Below, piece by piece: positions 50,590 through 63,627 of a stretch of DNA of 64,000 nt (within the stretch, counting starts at the first letter, position 1; the number at the start of each line of letters is the position of its first letter). The position numbers and the translations under genes are program-made. The notes below the pieces were generated by a model. The model ran no database searches, was not told the origin of the DNA, and worked only from the letters and a program-made list of their open reading frames with translations. Origin of the DNA: Mustelus asterias (Eukaryota); NCBI RefSeq assembly GCF_964213995.1, contig NC_135813.1, forward strand, positions 60,140,001 to 60,204,000. Reading direction: 5' to 3'.

Positions 50590-52480
50590 ATTAGTAGCCA
50601 CTACTTCGAGCCTCGTTCACCATTCAATAAGATCATGGCTGATCTAACTGTAATCTCAATTCCACATTTCTGCTTACCCTGATAACATTTCACTCCTTTG
50701 CTTATCATAAAGAACCCATCTACCTCTGTCTTAAAACTATTCACTGACTGCTACCACGGCCTTTTGAGGGAAGGAGTTCCAAAGACTCACAACTCTCTGA
50801 AAGAAAAAAAACACATTTGAATCCTAAGTGGGTGCCTGTTTATTTTTAAACAGTGACCCCAAGTTGTAGATTCTCCCATCCTTTTCACATCCACCCTGTC
50901 AAGACCCCTCAGAATCCTACGGGCGGGATTTTCCAGCCATGCTCGCTCCAAGACCAGAAAATCCTACCCCAAGTCAACAGACCTTTGCATGGTCCACACT
51001 GCCCCCATGATTCCAGTGGCAGGCAGGATGGGAAAATTCCACCCTATATGTTTCAATCAAGTCAGCTCTTACTCTTCTAAACTCCAACAGGTACGAGCCT
51101 AGCCTGTTCAGCCTTTCCTCACAAGCCAACCTGCCCATTCCAGATATTAGTCTCATAAACCTTCCCTTAACTGCTTCCAACATATTTACAACCATTCTTA
51201 AATAAAGAGACCAATATGTACACAGTACTCCAGATATGGTCTCATCAATACCCTCTTTAACTGAAGCATAACCTCCCTAATTTTGTATTCAATTCCCCTT
51301 GCATTAACTAATAACATTCTATAAGCTTTCCTAACTACTTGCTGTACCTGCATACTAACCTTTTGTCCTTCAAGCACTCGCACATCCAGATCCCTTTGCA
51401 TCTGAGCTTGTCAATTTCTCACTATTTAGACCATATGCTTCTTTTGAATTCTTCCTGCCAAACTGGACAGTTTCACATTTTCCCACGTCATGCTCTATTT
51501 GCCTGATCTTTGCCCACTCACTTGTCCTATCTATATCCCTTTGTAGCCTTCTTATGTGCACTTCACAACTTAGCTTTCAATGCATCTTTGTGACATTAGC
51601 AAATTTAGCAACCATACCTTTGGTCTCTTCATCCAAGTTATTGATACAAATTGTAGAAAGTTAAGGCCCCAGCACTGACCCCTGAGGCACACCACTCATT
51701 ACATCCTGCCAACCCATAAAATGATATATTTATGCCTACTCTCTTGCTTCCTGTTAGCTACCAAATCTTCTATCCATGTCAATATGTTAACCCCTAGCCC
51801 ATAAGCTACAATGTTTAATGCGGCACCTAATCAAATCTAAATACAGTACTTCCAGTGGTTCTCCTTCACCCACAGCACATGCTCCTTCTTCAAAGGGCTG
51901 TAATAAACATGATTTCCCTTTCACAAAACTGTGTTGACTCTACCCGATTACCTTGAATTTTTCCAAGTGTCCTGCTATAACACTGATAAAAGTAACTTCC
52001 AGCATTTTCCTTATGACAGATGTTAAGCTAACTGGCCTGTAGGCTAGCTTTCCATCTCCTGCCCTTATTGGATAAAGGAGTTACATTTGTTATTTTCCAA
52101 TCTAACAGAGCCTTCCCCGAATCTAGGGAATTTTGTAAAATTAAAACTATTGGATCAATTATCTAACTAGCCTCTTCTTTTGAGGCAAATCCATCAGGAC
52201 CCGGGGAGCCTACAGCTCCAGTCATTTGTTCAGCACCACTTCCCTGGTGTTGTAATTTTCTTGAGTTCCACCTTCCCTTCCAATTCCTGGTTTATTTTCC
52301 AGGATGTTGCCTGTATCCTCTAGTGAAGACTGATGAAAATGCTTGTTCAATTCTTCTGCCATCTCCCCATTTTCTATGAGTAATTTCCAGACTCACTTTC
52401 TCTCAAACCACCACTCACATTGTTAATTCTTTTCTTTTTAAAATATCTGTTAAAAACTCTTACCATCTGTCTTCATATTT
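50590..52480 (-). mobile_element. Older CR1 (RT to 3' end)
   Basis: RRLQRDIDR.SEWAK, LMRPYLEYCV, ERLNRLG motifs. Confidence 0.85.
50921..51044. mobile_element. 124-bp MITE (PIF/Harbinger-like) inserted in CR1
   Basis: TIRs GGGCGGGATTTTCC / GGAAAATTCCACCC; 3-bp flanks TAC/TAT; the CR1 sequence is contiguous once the MITE is removed. Confidence 0.75.
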
Positions 52481-52550
52481 CCAACTGGAGATAAATAAGC
52501 TAAGAAGTGTGGATGTTCGCTGACAATTGCAGCCTTCAGTACCATTCACA

Positions 52551-53173
52551 GAACAAAGAACAAAGAACAGTACAGCACAGGAAACAGGCCCTTCGGCCCT
52601 CCAAGCCTGTGCCGCTCCTTGGTCCAACTAGACCAATCGTTTGTATCCCTCCATTCCCAGGCTGCTCATGTGACTATCCAGGTAAGTCTTAAACGATGTT
52701 AGCGAGCATGCCTCCACCACCCTACTTGGCAGCGCATTCCAGGCCCCCACCACCCTCTGTGTAAAAAACATCACTCTAATAGTTGAGTTATACTTCGCCC
52801 CCTCACCTTGAGCCCGTGACCCCTCGTGAACGTCACTTCTGATCTGGGAAAAAGCTTCCCACCATTCACCCTATCTATCCCCTTCATAATCTTGTACACC
52901 TATTAAATCTCCCCACATTCTCCGTCTTTCCAAGGAGAACAACCCCAGTTTACACAATCTCTCCTCATAGCTAAGACCCTCCATACCAGGCAACATCCTG
53001 GTAAACCTTCTCTGCACTCTCTCTAATGCCTCCACGTCCTTCTGGTAGTGCGGCGACCAGAACTGGACGCAGTACTCCAAAGGTGGCCTAACCAGCGTTC
53101 TATACAGCTGCATCATCAGATTCCAGCTTTTATACTCTATACCCCGTCCTATAAAGGCAAGCATACCATATGC
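52551..53173 (-). mobile_element. CR1 3' fragment
   Basis: ORF 52871-53164; (TTCTTTG)n tail. Confidence 0.9.
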
Positions 53174-53878
53174 TCATTGTTCCACTGGAGCAAGATGAGA
53201 GGGAGTGTTTGGAGGCAGCAGTGCTGGTGAGAGATTAATTGAATTGTTTATTTATTTAATTAGTCAGCTAGTGTGTGTTTTTTTGGCCTTTACTTTAGCA
53301 GTAGTATTTTAAGTTTAAAGTGAAAACTGGAAGTGGGCTGCTAAGGAGTCTGGGAAGGGTTTTTTAAGCGCGTGAAGTGTAAAAGGTAGGCTGCAGTATA
53401 CAGCGGGCAGCATCGGCAGCGTAGTGAGTGGGAAGCAGAGTGTGAGCTATAATGCTTTGGCTCACAGGGCTTCGGGGACAGGGCGAGCAGGGGTGAGTTT
53501 AATTCATTTTTGCTGTTTCTACCTGGTACTGGCAAGGTATCTAAAGGGGATGGGTGTGCAGGCAGTGCTATGTTCCTCTTGCACTATGTTTGAGGTGAGG
53601 GACGACGACAGTGCCCCTGCTGATTACAACTGTGGGAAGTGCGCCCATCTGCAGCTCCTCCAAAACTGTGTTAGGGAACTGGAGCTGGAGTTGGATGAAC
53701 TTAGGATCATTAGGGACGCAGAGGTGGCCATAGACAGAAGCTTTAGGGATACAGTTACTCCGAGGAATGAAAACAGATGGGTGATGGTGAGAGGGGCTGG
53801 GAGGAAGCAGTCAGTGCAGGGATCCCCTGTGGTCGTTCCCCTTAGCAACAAGTATTCCGCTTTGGATACGGAGCGGAT
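53174..53878 (+). mobile_element. CR1 5'UTR and ORF1 N-terminus (zinc finger / leucine zipper)
   Basis: CSSC.MFE...C.KC..LQLL...V.ELELELDELR and PLSNKYSALDT, typical of vertebrate CR1 ORF1. Confidence 0.8.
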
Positions 53879-53987
53879 ACGCAGCTCCTCAGATACTGAA
53901 GTAATCTGAACTCCATGCAGTGAGACAGGAACAACATTCAGGCTGAGGTTGATAAATGACAAGTTGCATTTATACCGCACAGTGACG

Positions 53988-54287
53988 CCAGCACGGTGGC
54001 ACAGTGATTAGCACTGCTGCCTCACAATGCCAGGGACCCAGGTTCGATTTCCGGTTTGGGTCACTGTGTGGAGTCTGCACGTTCTCCGTGTGCCTGCGTG
54101 GGTTTTCTCTGGGTGCTCCGGTTTCCTCCCACAAGTCCGAAAGACATGCTGGTTAGGTGCATTGACCATGCTAAATTCTCCCTCAGTGTACCCAAACAGG
54201 TGCAGGAGTGTGGTGACTAGGGGATTTTCGCAGTAACTTAATTGCAGTGTTAATATAAACCGACTTGTGGCACTAGTAAATAAAGTT
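53988..54287 (+). mobile_element. V-SINE with alternative tail
   Basis: As 34007-34318; a third copy at about 59378-59663(-). Confidence 0.85.
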
Positions 54288-55472
54288 GAAAACATTATTC
54301 CAACAGGAGAGTAACTCACTTCCTCAAAGCCTGTCCACACTCTACCAGGCACAAGTCAGGAGTGCAGTGGAATACTCTCCACTTGCCTGGATGAGTGCAG
54401 CTCCAACACCACTCAATTATCCCAACACATCTCCCTCCCCCCCCCCCCCCCCCGCCCCCCTACCAAGGATAAAACAGCCATCTTGATTTGCACCCCACCC
54501 ACCACCTTAAACATTCACTCCCTCCACCACTGGTTCACAGTGGCAGCACTATGTACCATCTACAAGGCGCACTGCAGCAACTCACTGTAGAACCATAGAA
54601 TCCCTACAGTGCAGGAGGAGGAAATTCAGCCCCATGACTCTGTGCTGACCTTCCAACAAAGCACTCTACCTTGGCCCACTCCCCAGTCCTATCCCTGCAA
54701 CCCTGTGCATTGATCATGGCCAATCCACCTAACCTCACCAAGGCTCCATTGACTACACCTTTCAAACTTACGACATCTACCACCTAGAAGGACAAGAGCA
54801 GCAGGTGTATGGCAACACCACAACCTGCAAGTTCCCCTCCAAGTCACACACCATCCCGACTTGAAATTATATTGCCCTTCCTTCGCTATCCCTGGATCAA
54901 AATCCTTGCATTCCCTTACTAACACTGTGGGTGTTCTTGCAACGTACATGGACTGCAGTGGTTCATGAAAGTGGCACGTCATTACCTTCTCAAGTAATGA
55001 ACAATAAATGCTGGCCTATCTAGTAATGCCCTCATCCTGTGAACGAATAAAAGTTAAGAGAATCTACCCATCTCCCTTTGGCATTCAACGGCATTACCTT
55101 GCTGAAGCCTCCACTTTAACATCCAAGGGGGTTACCATCAATGAGAAACTTAACTGGACCTACCATATAAACACTGTGATTTCAATAGCTTGTCAGAGCC
55201 TGGGAATTATGTTACAGGTAATGCACATCCTGACTCCCCAAAGCCTATCTAACATCAAGAAAGCACAACTCAGGAGTGTGATGGAAAACTCTCCACTTGC
55301 CTGGAAGAGTACAACTCCAGCAACACTCAAGACACTTGATTCTATCTGAAGACAAAGCAACCCATTTGATTGGCACCTCATCCACAACCTTGAGCACTCA
55401 TCATGGATATCATCAGCGCATCCTGGCGTTAATGTGCACCAGCTACAAGATGCACTTCAATGCCTCACCTAG

Positions 55473-57047
55473 GCTTTCTGTTTGCAGTATTTGGTGCATT
55501 CCAATAGTTGCTTTGCGGCCTTGAGTAGGCAGGTGTCAGAGCTGTGCTGCATCACACTGTATGGCTGAATATGCTCCCTATTGGTGCTACTGGTATCAAA
55601 TCCAGGAGACTATAAAATAATCCCCACTGACTGTGGGGAAGTGGGGTGGTGTTTGTGGGGAGGTCACAACTCCCTCTGCTGACTGACAGCCACTGCGTGA
55701 CACACAGCTATGATAGCATCTTCCAAACACACAACCTCTACCATCGAGAAGGGCAAGGGCAACAGATGCAAGGAAACATCATGACCTGCAAGTTCCCCTC
55801 TGGCAGCACGTTGGTACAGCGGTTAGCACTGTTGCCTCACAGTGCCAGAGACCCGGGTTCGATTCTGGCCTCAGGTGACTGTGTGGAGTCTGCACGTTCT
55901 CCCCGTGTCTGCATGGGTTTCCTCTGGGTGCTCCGGTTTCCTCCCACACTCCAAAAATGTGTGGGTTAGATTAATTGGCCGTGCTCAATTGCTCTTTAGT
56001 GTCAGGGGGACTAGCAGGGTAAATATGTTAATGGGATGGAACCTGGGCGGGATTCTTGTCGGTGCAGGTTTGATGAGCCGAATGGCCTCCTTCTGCACTG
56101 TAGGGATTCTGTGAATGCTGACTATCACTGGGTGAAATGCCTGGAACAGCACGGAGTGTGGCTGTAGCAGTTTAAGGAGGCAGCTCATCACCATCTTTTC
56201 AAGAGCAGTTAGGAATGGGTAAGAAATGCTGGCCTTGACAGTGATTCTCAAATCCCTAGAGCAAATTTTAAAAAACGATCAGCTATGGCACCTCACTGCA
56301 ATGTTGGAAATGTGGACTGTAAAAAAATGTCAATTCACACATAGTTCAAATGAAATAGAGGACAAAGAAATAGAAGTAGGCCATTCTGGCCCTATACCCT
56401 GCTCCACCAAACCCTTTTGTAACTAGAGTGTGTATTGGCTGGTGTTATTTCATTCCATGTTGTAAAGGAAGACCCGATAAGAATTCCAAGGGATCAATAC
56501 TATTTACATCAAAATTTATAGCTTATTCAATGAAAAATTCTATCCAGCCAATGTCACACTTCAATCCAGTACATATTGATCCAGTTAACTCTCTCTCTCA
56601 CTCCCTTCTGACTTTAATATTTAAATCTCAGGAGGATTAGGCACCTTGGTAACCAAGTGCCCCATATTTTCAGGCATTGCCTCTTACTTTGACTGTCCCT
56701 TGTCTCTCATTTCTAGGACAGCCCATAAGGAGGCTGAATTTGGCAGTCTTCTTTTGCCTGTGTTTCTTGTTGCGAGCACACACACACTGTGGCTGTCAGC
56801 CACCAGAGGGAGCTTTAATCACCCTTCCATCTGTTCTTGGTCGACAGCAACACCATTACCACAAACACCATCCCACTTCCCCACCGTCAGTGTATCTATT
56901 ACTTTATAGTCTTCTTGACTAGGTACCAGCAACGCCAACAGGGAGCATATTCAGCCCTACAGTGTGATGCAGCATAGCTCCGAATCCTGACCACACAAGG
57001 CCACAAAGCAACTATTGGAGCGCACCTAACATTACAAACAGAAAGCG
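55473..57047. repeat. Inverted pair of an unclassified repeat of about 210 bp (55473-55690 / 56835-57047)
   Basis: CCAATAGTTGCTTTG.GGCCTTG...GCTGCATCACACTGTA.GGCTGAATATGCTCCCT is present on both strands. Confidence 0.75.
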
Positions 57048-57344
57048 AGTAAAGCTCGAGTCCATTTGACTGAGGTGACATACACCAGCAGCAACAAGGT
57101 CAGCAGGGAAATAACAGTGGGGGCAGAGCAAGCCTGGGGTGGGGGTAGGGGGGGGGGGGGGGTGCAGGGAGCAAGAAAGAGCAGCAGCAGCAGAGCAAGG
57201 CCCAGGAGCAAAAGGCTGAGTCAGACCCGGGGTGGGGTAGGAGAGAGCTCTGAAAAAGAGCGAGGGAGTTCCTAGTAGACTCGCAATGTTCAGGGAAAAA
57301 AATTAAAGTATGACACACAGGAAAGCAAGTTTCTGATTATTTAT

Positions 57345-60300
57345 AAAAGTTCACAAGATATAGGAGCAAAATTAGGCCATTTGGCCCATCCAGTCTGCTC
57401 CGCCATTCGATCATGGCTGATGTGCTCCTCATCCCCATTTTCCTGCCTTCTCCCCATAACCCTTCACCCCCATTACCAATTAAAAATCTGTCAACTCCTC
57501 CTTAAATTTACTCACTGTCCCAGCATCCACTGCACTTTGGGGTAGGGAATTCCACAGATTCACAACCCTTTGTGAGGAGTAGTTTCTCCTCAACTCTGTT
57601 TTAAATTTGCTACCCATTATCCTAAGACTATGACCTCTCGTCCTAGAATGCCCCACCAGCAGAAGCATCCGCTCCACGTCTACTTTATCCATACCTTTTA
57701 TCATCTTGTATACCTCAATACTTTGGCAAGTATTTCTCTTTTCTCTCTCTAAACTAGGACACTTCTTCAAATTGGCAAGTGAGAAATCAAACATTTCAAT
57801 CAGGCTAAGTGGATTAATATTAAATACCAGTACAGAGCAGGTCCAGAGCCATTCTTTTAAGTTAATAGTTTAAACAAGATACTAATTAGATTCTAATAGA
57901 GGGAATAGTTTTTTTTAGGTTTACAAGAATGTTGCCAGGGCTAGGAAAGTGTAGCTATGAGGAGAGCTTGGAGAGGTTGGGGTGATTTTCCTTGAAACAA
58001 CGAAGGCAAGGGTGACTTGATAGAGGTGGACAAAATTATGAGGGAAAGAAATAGAGTGGACAGGATAAAGTTGTTTCCCTTGGGTGAATTCTAGAACCAG
58101 GGAACATAGCGTCAAGATAAGTGATAGTAGGTGTAGAGGGGACATGAGGAAGTACAATTTTACGCAAAGGATGATGGGTGTTAGGAGACCCTGAACTCTT
58201 TTGAAAAGTACCTGGATCTGCACTTTAAGTGCTGTAAGCTAAAGGGCTATGGGACGGGTGCAGGAAGGTGGGATTAGAAAGGGCACCTGGGTGTCCTTGG
58301 GCAGGCATGGACTAGATGGGCCGAATGGCCCCCTTCTGTGCTGTAACTTTTCTATGATTCTAACTGACACTACTTCTTGCAATGACTATACTGTATTGGA
58401 ACTTCAGGATACTTCATGTGCCGTAGGGCTGTCACGTGTGTAGGGAATGTCTCCAGCTGCCTGAGCTTGAGTTCAGGGTTTCTGAGTTCGAGTGGCAACT
58501 GCAGTCACTGCAGAGCTATGGGGAGGGTGAATGTTCCCAGGATCATATATTCCAGGAGGTGGTTACCCAGCAAGGAGTGAGAGTTCAGGATAGTAGATGG
58601 AAGATCATCTGAAAGACAGGAAGTGCCGGAGTCTTCGATGCGTGTGCCACTCTCAAATAGGTACTCAGCATTGGAAACTGCTGGGAGTGACAACATCTTG
58701 AAGGAATGTCCAGACAAAGGCACCAATTGGCAAAGGACTGTCTAGGAGAGAAGAGCAAAAGTCGGCAAGTGTCATTATTGTAGGTCCCACAGTTTGAGTG
58801 ACAGGCAGGCATTTCTGTAACTATCATTGTGAATCCAGCAGGATGTGTTCCCTTCCTGCCAGCGTAAAGAACATCACGGAAGGGTGCAGAATAATTTGCA
58901 GGGAGAAAGAGTGAAGTTGTGGTACATAGCAGTACCATCAACACAGAGGACACAGGTATTCAGGTCCTAAGGTCAGATTTTCAGGAGTTAGGGAGAAAGT
59001 TAAAATATCGGACGTCAATGGTACTACTGTCTGAATTACAAACAGTATTGCACCTTAGGCAAAGTAGAAATAGGAAGATGGGATCAATTTCTGACTTGCA
59101 GGATGGAGGGCTTTGGATTCTTAGGAGGTTAACTAGTGTGGTTGGAGAGAGTTTAAATTGAGATAGTTTAAATTAGGTTGGTGGGGATGGGCATTAGCAT
59201 GTCTAAGAAGGAAAGAAGAATAGAATCACCCATCAGCAATGGGTAAGGTTTTAAAAACAATAATTAGAGAAAAAAAATCAATAGGCACTAGAGGAAGTTT
59301 GAGTTATTTAAAAGGAGCCAATTTGGATTTGCTAAAAGGCAGAACCTGTTTGACGAATCTAGGTGAATCTTTTGATGAAAAGTTTTAAAGTTTATTTATT
59401 AGTGTCACAGGTAGACTTACTGCAATGAAGTTACTGTGACAATCCCCTAGCGGTCACACTCCGGCACCTGTTTGGGTACACTGAGGGAGAATTAGCATGG
59501 CCAATGCACCTAACCAGTACGTCTTTCAGGCTGTGGGAGGAAACTCACGCAGACATGGGGAGAATGTGCAGATTCCGCACAGACAGTGACCCAAGCTGGG
59601 AATCGGACCCGGGTCCTTGGCGCTGTGAGGCAGCAGTGCTAACCACTGTGCCACCATGTCGCCTCCCCCAAGAGAGATGGCTGATGAAGGGAATGCAATG
59701 AATGTTGTCTATATGAATTTCAAGGAAGTATAAGACAAGGTACCACACAAAAGGCTGGTTAACAATATTAGGAAATATTAAGCCAATTTTTCATCCAAAC
59801 TTGAGGTGTGGCAATGGTGAGAATTGACCGCAACAAGACATAAATAGGTTAGCAGGATAGACAGATGGAATTTAATACAGAAAAGTGTGATGATACATTT
59901 TGGTAGACGGGCTAGGGAGAATAATTATAAATCTAATAGTATAATTCTAAAGAGTGTGCAGAGACAGAGGGAGCTTGGGGGGCAGGGGGGGAGGTTGGGG
60001 GCATATGTTTAGATCTATGAAGGTAAATAGAGTTATCGAGTACAAAAACAGGCAAGTTATGCCGAACCTTTATAAAAGATTTGGTTAGGCCCAACTAGGG
60101 CATTTTGTCCAGTTCTGATCATCACAGTTTAGGAAGGATGCAGAGGGTGCAGAGGAGATTTACCTGAATAGTTCCAGGGATGAAGGATTAGAAAGCTGGG
60201 GTTGTTCTCCATGGTGCAAAGGAGATTGAGAGGTGACCTGATCGAGGTATGTAGGATTGTGACAGGTTTTTAAAAGGTCGACATAGAAATGTGTTCCCAT

Positions 60301-60605
60301 TAACTAATGGTACAAATATTAGGGAACACAGATTTAAGATTTTGGGCGAGACGCAGAGGGGATGTCAGGAGGAACATTTTTACGCAGCAAGTGCAGTGAC
60401 TTGGAACTTGCTGCCCATAAGAGTGGTGGAAGTGGTGGCAACCATGATTTGAAAAGAAAATTGAATGAGAACTTGAGGAAAATAAACTTGGAGGGCTACA
60501 GGGATAGAACAAGGAATTGGAAGTGACTGGGTTGCTTGCTGGAGAACCAACATGTATTCAGGAGCCAAGTGGCCTTATTCTGTGCCCTAATGACTCTATG
60601 ATTCT
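57345..60605. mobile_element. Cluster of CR1 fragments (57345-57720 -, 57917-58362 +, degraded ORF1 about 58390-59160 +, 59300-60605 +)
   Basis: CR1 RT C-terminal and ORF1 motifs, and tails. Confidence 0.7.
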
Positions 60606-62330
60606 TCTTGAGTTTATTTCAGTTCCTCAATGTAAAGTTTAATCAACAAATTGTAACTAGAAGTTTGAAAGTATGGGTATAGAGACCTAGCAGCTTAAGA
60701 CTGCATTTACACAGCAGCAAGTGATCTTTTTAAAACCATTTTTCACTCCATCCTTCAAGTTACAGAGCCAATGCTCATAATGGACCAGGCAAACCCAAAT
60801 CCATTCCTTGTTTTCTTCCAAAAGCAAATTCAAAATCCAATTGAATCCAATTCATGGTCCCCTCAAACAAGATAAAGAAGGTCCAAGCTAACAAGCTACG
60901 GCATTGCACCCCATCTTGGGCTTGTGGTCTGTAGTTCAGGTTTGAAACATGCGGGTTTTGGTTTGGACTTCCTAGTATTAAGGAAGGGGATCCAATTGCT
61001 ACACTGCATCACCAAGCTCACAGTTCCTGTCTCGATTCTATGTTCAGGATAGTGGGAAGTCAAGTGTAAAACAGTGAGGCCTCAATGGTTTCAAACTTAG
61101 ACTGCAGACCGCTTACTTCAGTCCTGAGCAACCTGCACTCCATGCAAAGCTCAGATATCTTAAATGTTGGTACATTTACATATTCTTGATCACTGCTCAA
61201 TTCACCAAGTACAATCTGCACTTTTTGCCTAACCCAGTAACACATAACCGGGCTTGTTTCTATGTGGGAGGTGCCTTCTTGGTGCCTTACATGGAATGCT
61301 GTAATTCCAACAGGGAAAAACAGAGATGCAATATTCTATCTTTATTTTATAAAAAGGAACAAAAAATTTGCCTGTATAAAGTTAAAAGGTACCAAAGGGC
61401 GGATTAGGTTTATGTACATCTCTGCCATATCCATGGTCACTCATTAGAATTTCATTTTTCCCATTCACACTTTGAAACAATGACAGACGGTAAACAAATG
61501 TGTAACTTAGTACATCAGGCAAACGGAAAACTACATCATGAAAAGTCTGAACTCAGCCGTTCCTCCTCTGAGGAGACTCAAGGTCTGGCAGCTTTCACAT
61601 CTGTGTTGCCCTTCCCGTTCTGTGGAAAGGAACAGCCAGTAAACTGTTGAGTGTCATACAGCATTGGACTTGGTAGCTTATAGTGGGCAAGGGCTGTGAA
61701 GTCACTCTATCTGGTAAGTAAGGGGGCCAGTGTACATTACAAGTTGGATAGAGTCTTTAATCTTGGTCGCTTCCAACCAAACTCTGGGTGGAGCATTAGC
61801 CCCCTGGTCACCGATGTCCTGCAGTACAGCCGCAAATCATCTCTCGTGTGCACAGCACAGCCGCTAGTTGTGAAGTGATGCATTCAGACCAGCAGCGCTG
61901 TTTCTGTGAGAAGGTCATCACCTGGGCCAGCTTGGTGTAACAAAACGTGGACCCATCTCTAAGGCTGAACCCCAAATCCTCTAAGTCCATCTCTCCCAAG
62001 CGGGGTCACCGGCTGACCACAGCAAATCTCCCAGAGAACTACCACGGTCAGATCTTCAAAACATTACTGGGTAGTGCTACTTGTCTCTCAGGAGATCCAG
62101 CTGGTCCTGATACTCTGTGAAGAGTCTCTGGAATCGAAGGTTCTGTCCAATCACAGGAAGCATCTCCTTTAGCAGCTCTCTTTTCCGCAGTCCCTGCATA
62201 TGGAATGAAGAAATCTTTCAGATAAAGGCTGAAGTAGCACTGATTTTTGCATGGCCGGTTGGGGAGTTTAGGACTAAAAGACAAAGCATACATATCAAGT
62301 CTGCAGACCACAGCATTCAACTCCTAAATG

Positions 62331-62455
62331 TAACAGTACAGACTGCAGCACCCAAGTCCCTCAGGGTGACAGTGCAGACTGCAGTACGCAATCCCTCACT
62401 GACATTAACAGTGCAGACTGCAGGATTCAATCTCCCACTCACATTAACAGTGCAC
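62331..62455 (+). repeat. Minisatellite, unit about 36-39 bp, 3-4 copies
   Basis: Repeated core ACAGTGCAGACTGCAG. Confidence 0.75.
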
Positions 62456-62884
62456 ATTATAGCAAATTCAAATGATGCAGCAGAACCTGTCTCTTCCCTT
62501 TGATAGAAGTAGAATTGTGGGTTTTAATATGTTATGAAGTGCATGTACCAACTGTGGCTGTATCTAGAAAAGGAATTTGTCAATAAACCCAGTCTTTGAG
62601 ATGAAAAAGTTAAAACTTTAATCTTTCCTATTTTTCTCCTTCTATTTCCCCACTCAAAATTTCCTCCTCAACCGATGACACAAACATGTTCTGAAACCTG
62701 GTTCCACTGACATCCACAACTCATAACAGGCAATTGTGCGTCTGCGCAAGGAACTTTCAACCATAAGGATTTCATAGTTGTGTTCTCAATACCCTGCGAT
62801 CTTCCCCCTTCCTGGCCCAAGGTAACGGAGCTGACTCATAAACCCATAACACCACCCTGTGCAGATCACCTAACTCCATACGGT

Positions 62885-63627
62885 ACATGGCAGAACAGTA
62901 AATGGCAGAACCCTGAAGAGTATTGATAGGCAGAGGGATCTGGGTGTACACATACACAGGTCACTTAAAATGGCAATGCAAGTGGAGAAGGTAGTCAAGA
63001 AGGCATACTTGCCTTCAATCGGCCGGGACATTGAGTTTAAGAATTGACAAGTCATGTTGCAGCTTTATAGAACCATAGTTAGGCCGCACTTGGAATATAG
63101 TGTTCAATTCTGGTCGCCACACTACCAGAAGGATGTGGAGGCTTTGGAGAGGGTACAGAAAAGATTTACCAGGATGTTGCCTGGTATGGAGGGCATTAGC
63201 CATGAGGAGAGGTTGGAGAAACTTGGTTCGTTCTCACTGGAACGATGGAGGTTGAGGGGTGATCTGATAGAAATCTACGAGATTATGAGGGGTATGGACA
63301 GTCAGAAGCTTTTTCCCAGGGTGGAAGAGTCAATTACTAGGGGGCATAGGTTTAAGGTGCGAGGGGCAAGGTTTAAAGGAGATGTACAAGGCAAGTTTTT
63401 TACACAAAGGGTGGTGGGTGCCTGGAACTTGCTGCTGGGGGAGGTAGTGGAAGCAGATATGATAGTGAGTTTTAAGGGGTGTCTGGACAAATACATGAAT
63501 AGGATGGGAATAGAGGGAAATGGTCCCCGGAAGGGTAGGGTGTTTTAGTTCAGTCGGGCAACATGGTGGGTGCAGGCTTGGAGGGTTGAAGGGCCTGTTC
63601 CTGTGCTGTAATTTTCTTTGTTCTTTG
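62885..63627 (+). mobile_element. CR1 3' fragment
   Basis: ORF 63054-63548 MLQLYRTIVRPHLEYSVQFWSP...; TTCTTTG tail. Confidence 0.9.

Noticed and set aside
62331-62455. Repeat-spacer-like pattern (CRISPR-like)
   Set aside because: Vertebrate DNA, and the inter-core sequences are homologous to each other, so this is a minisatellite.
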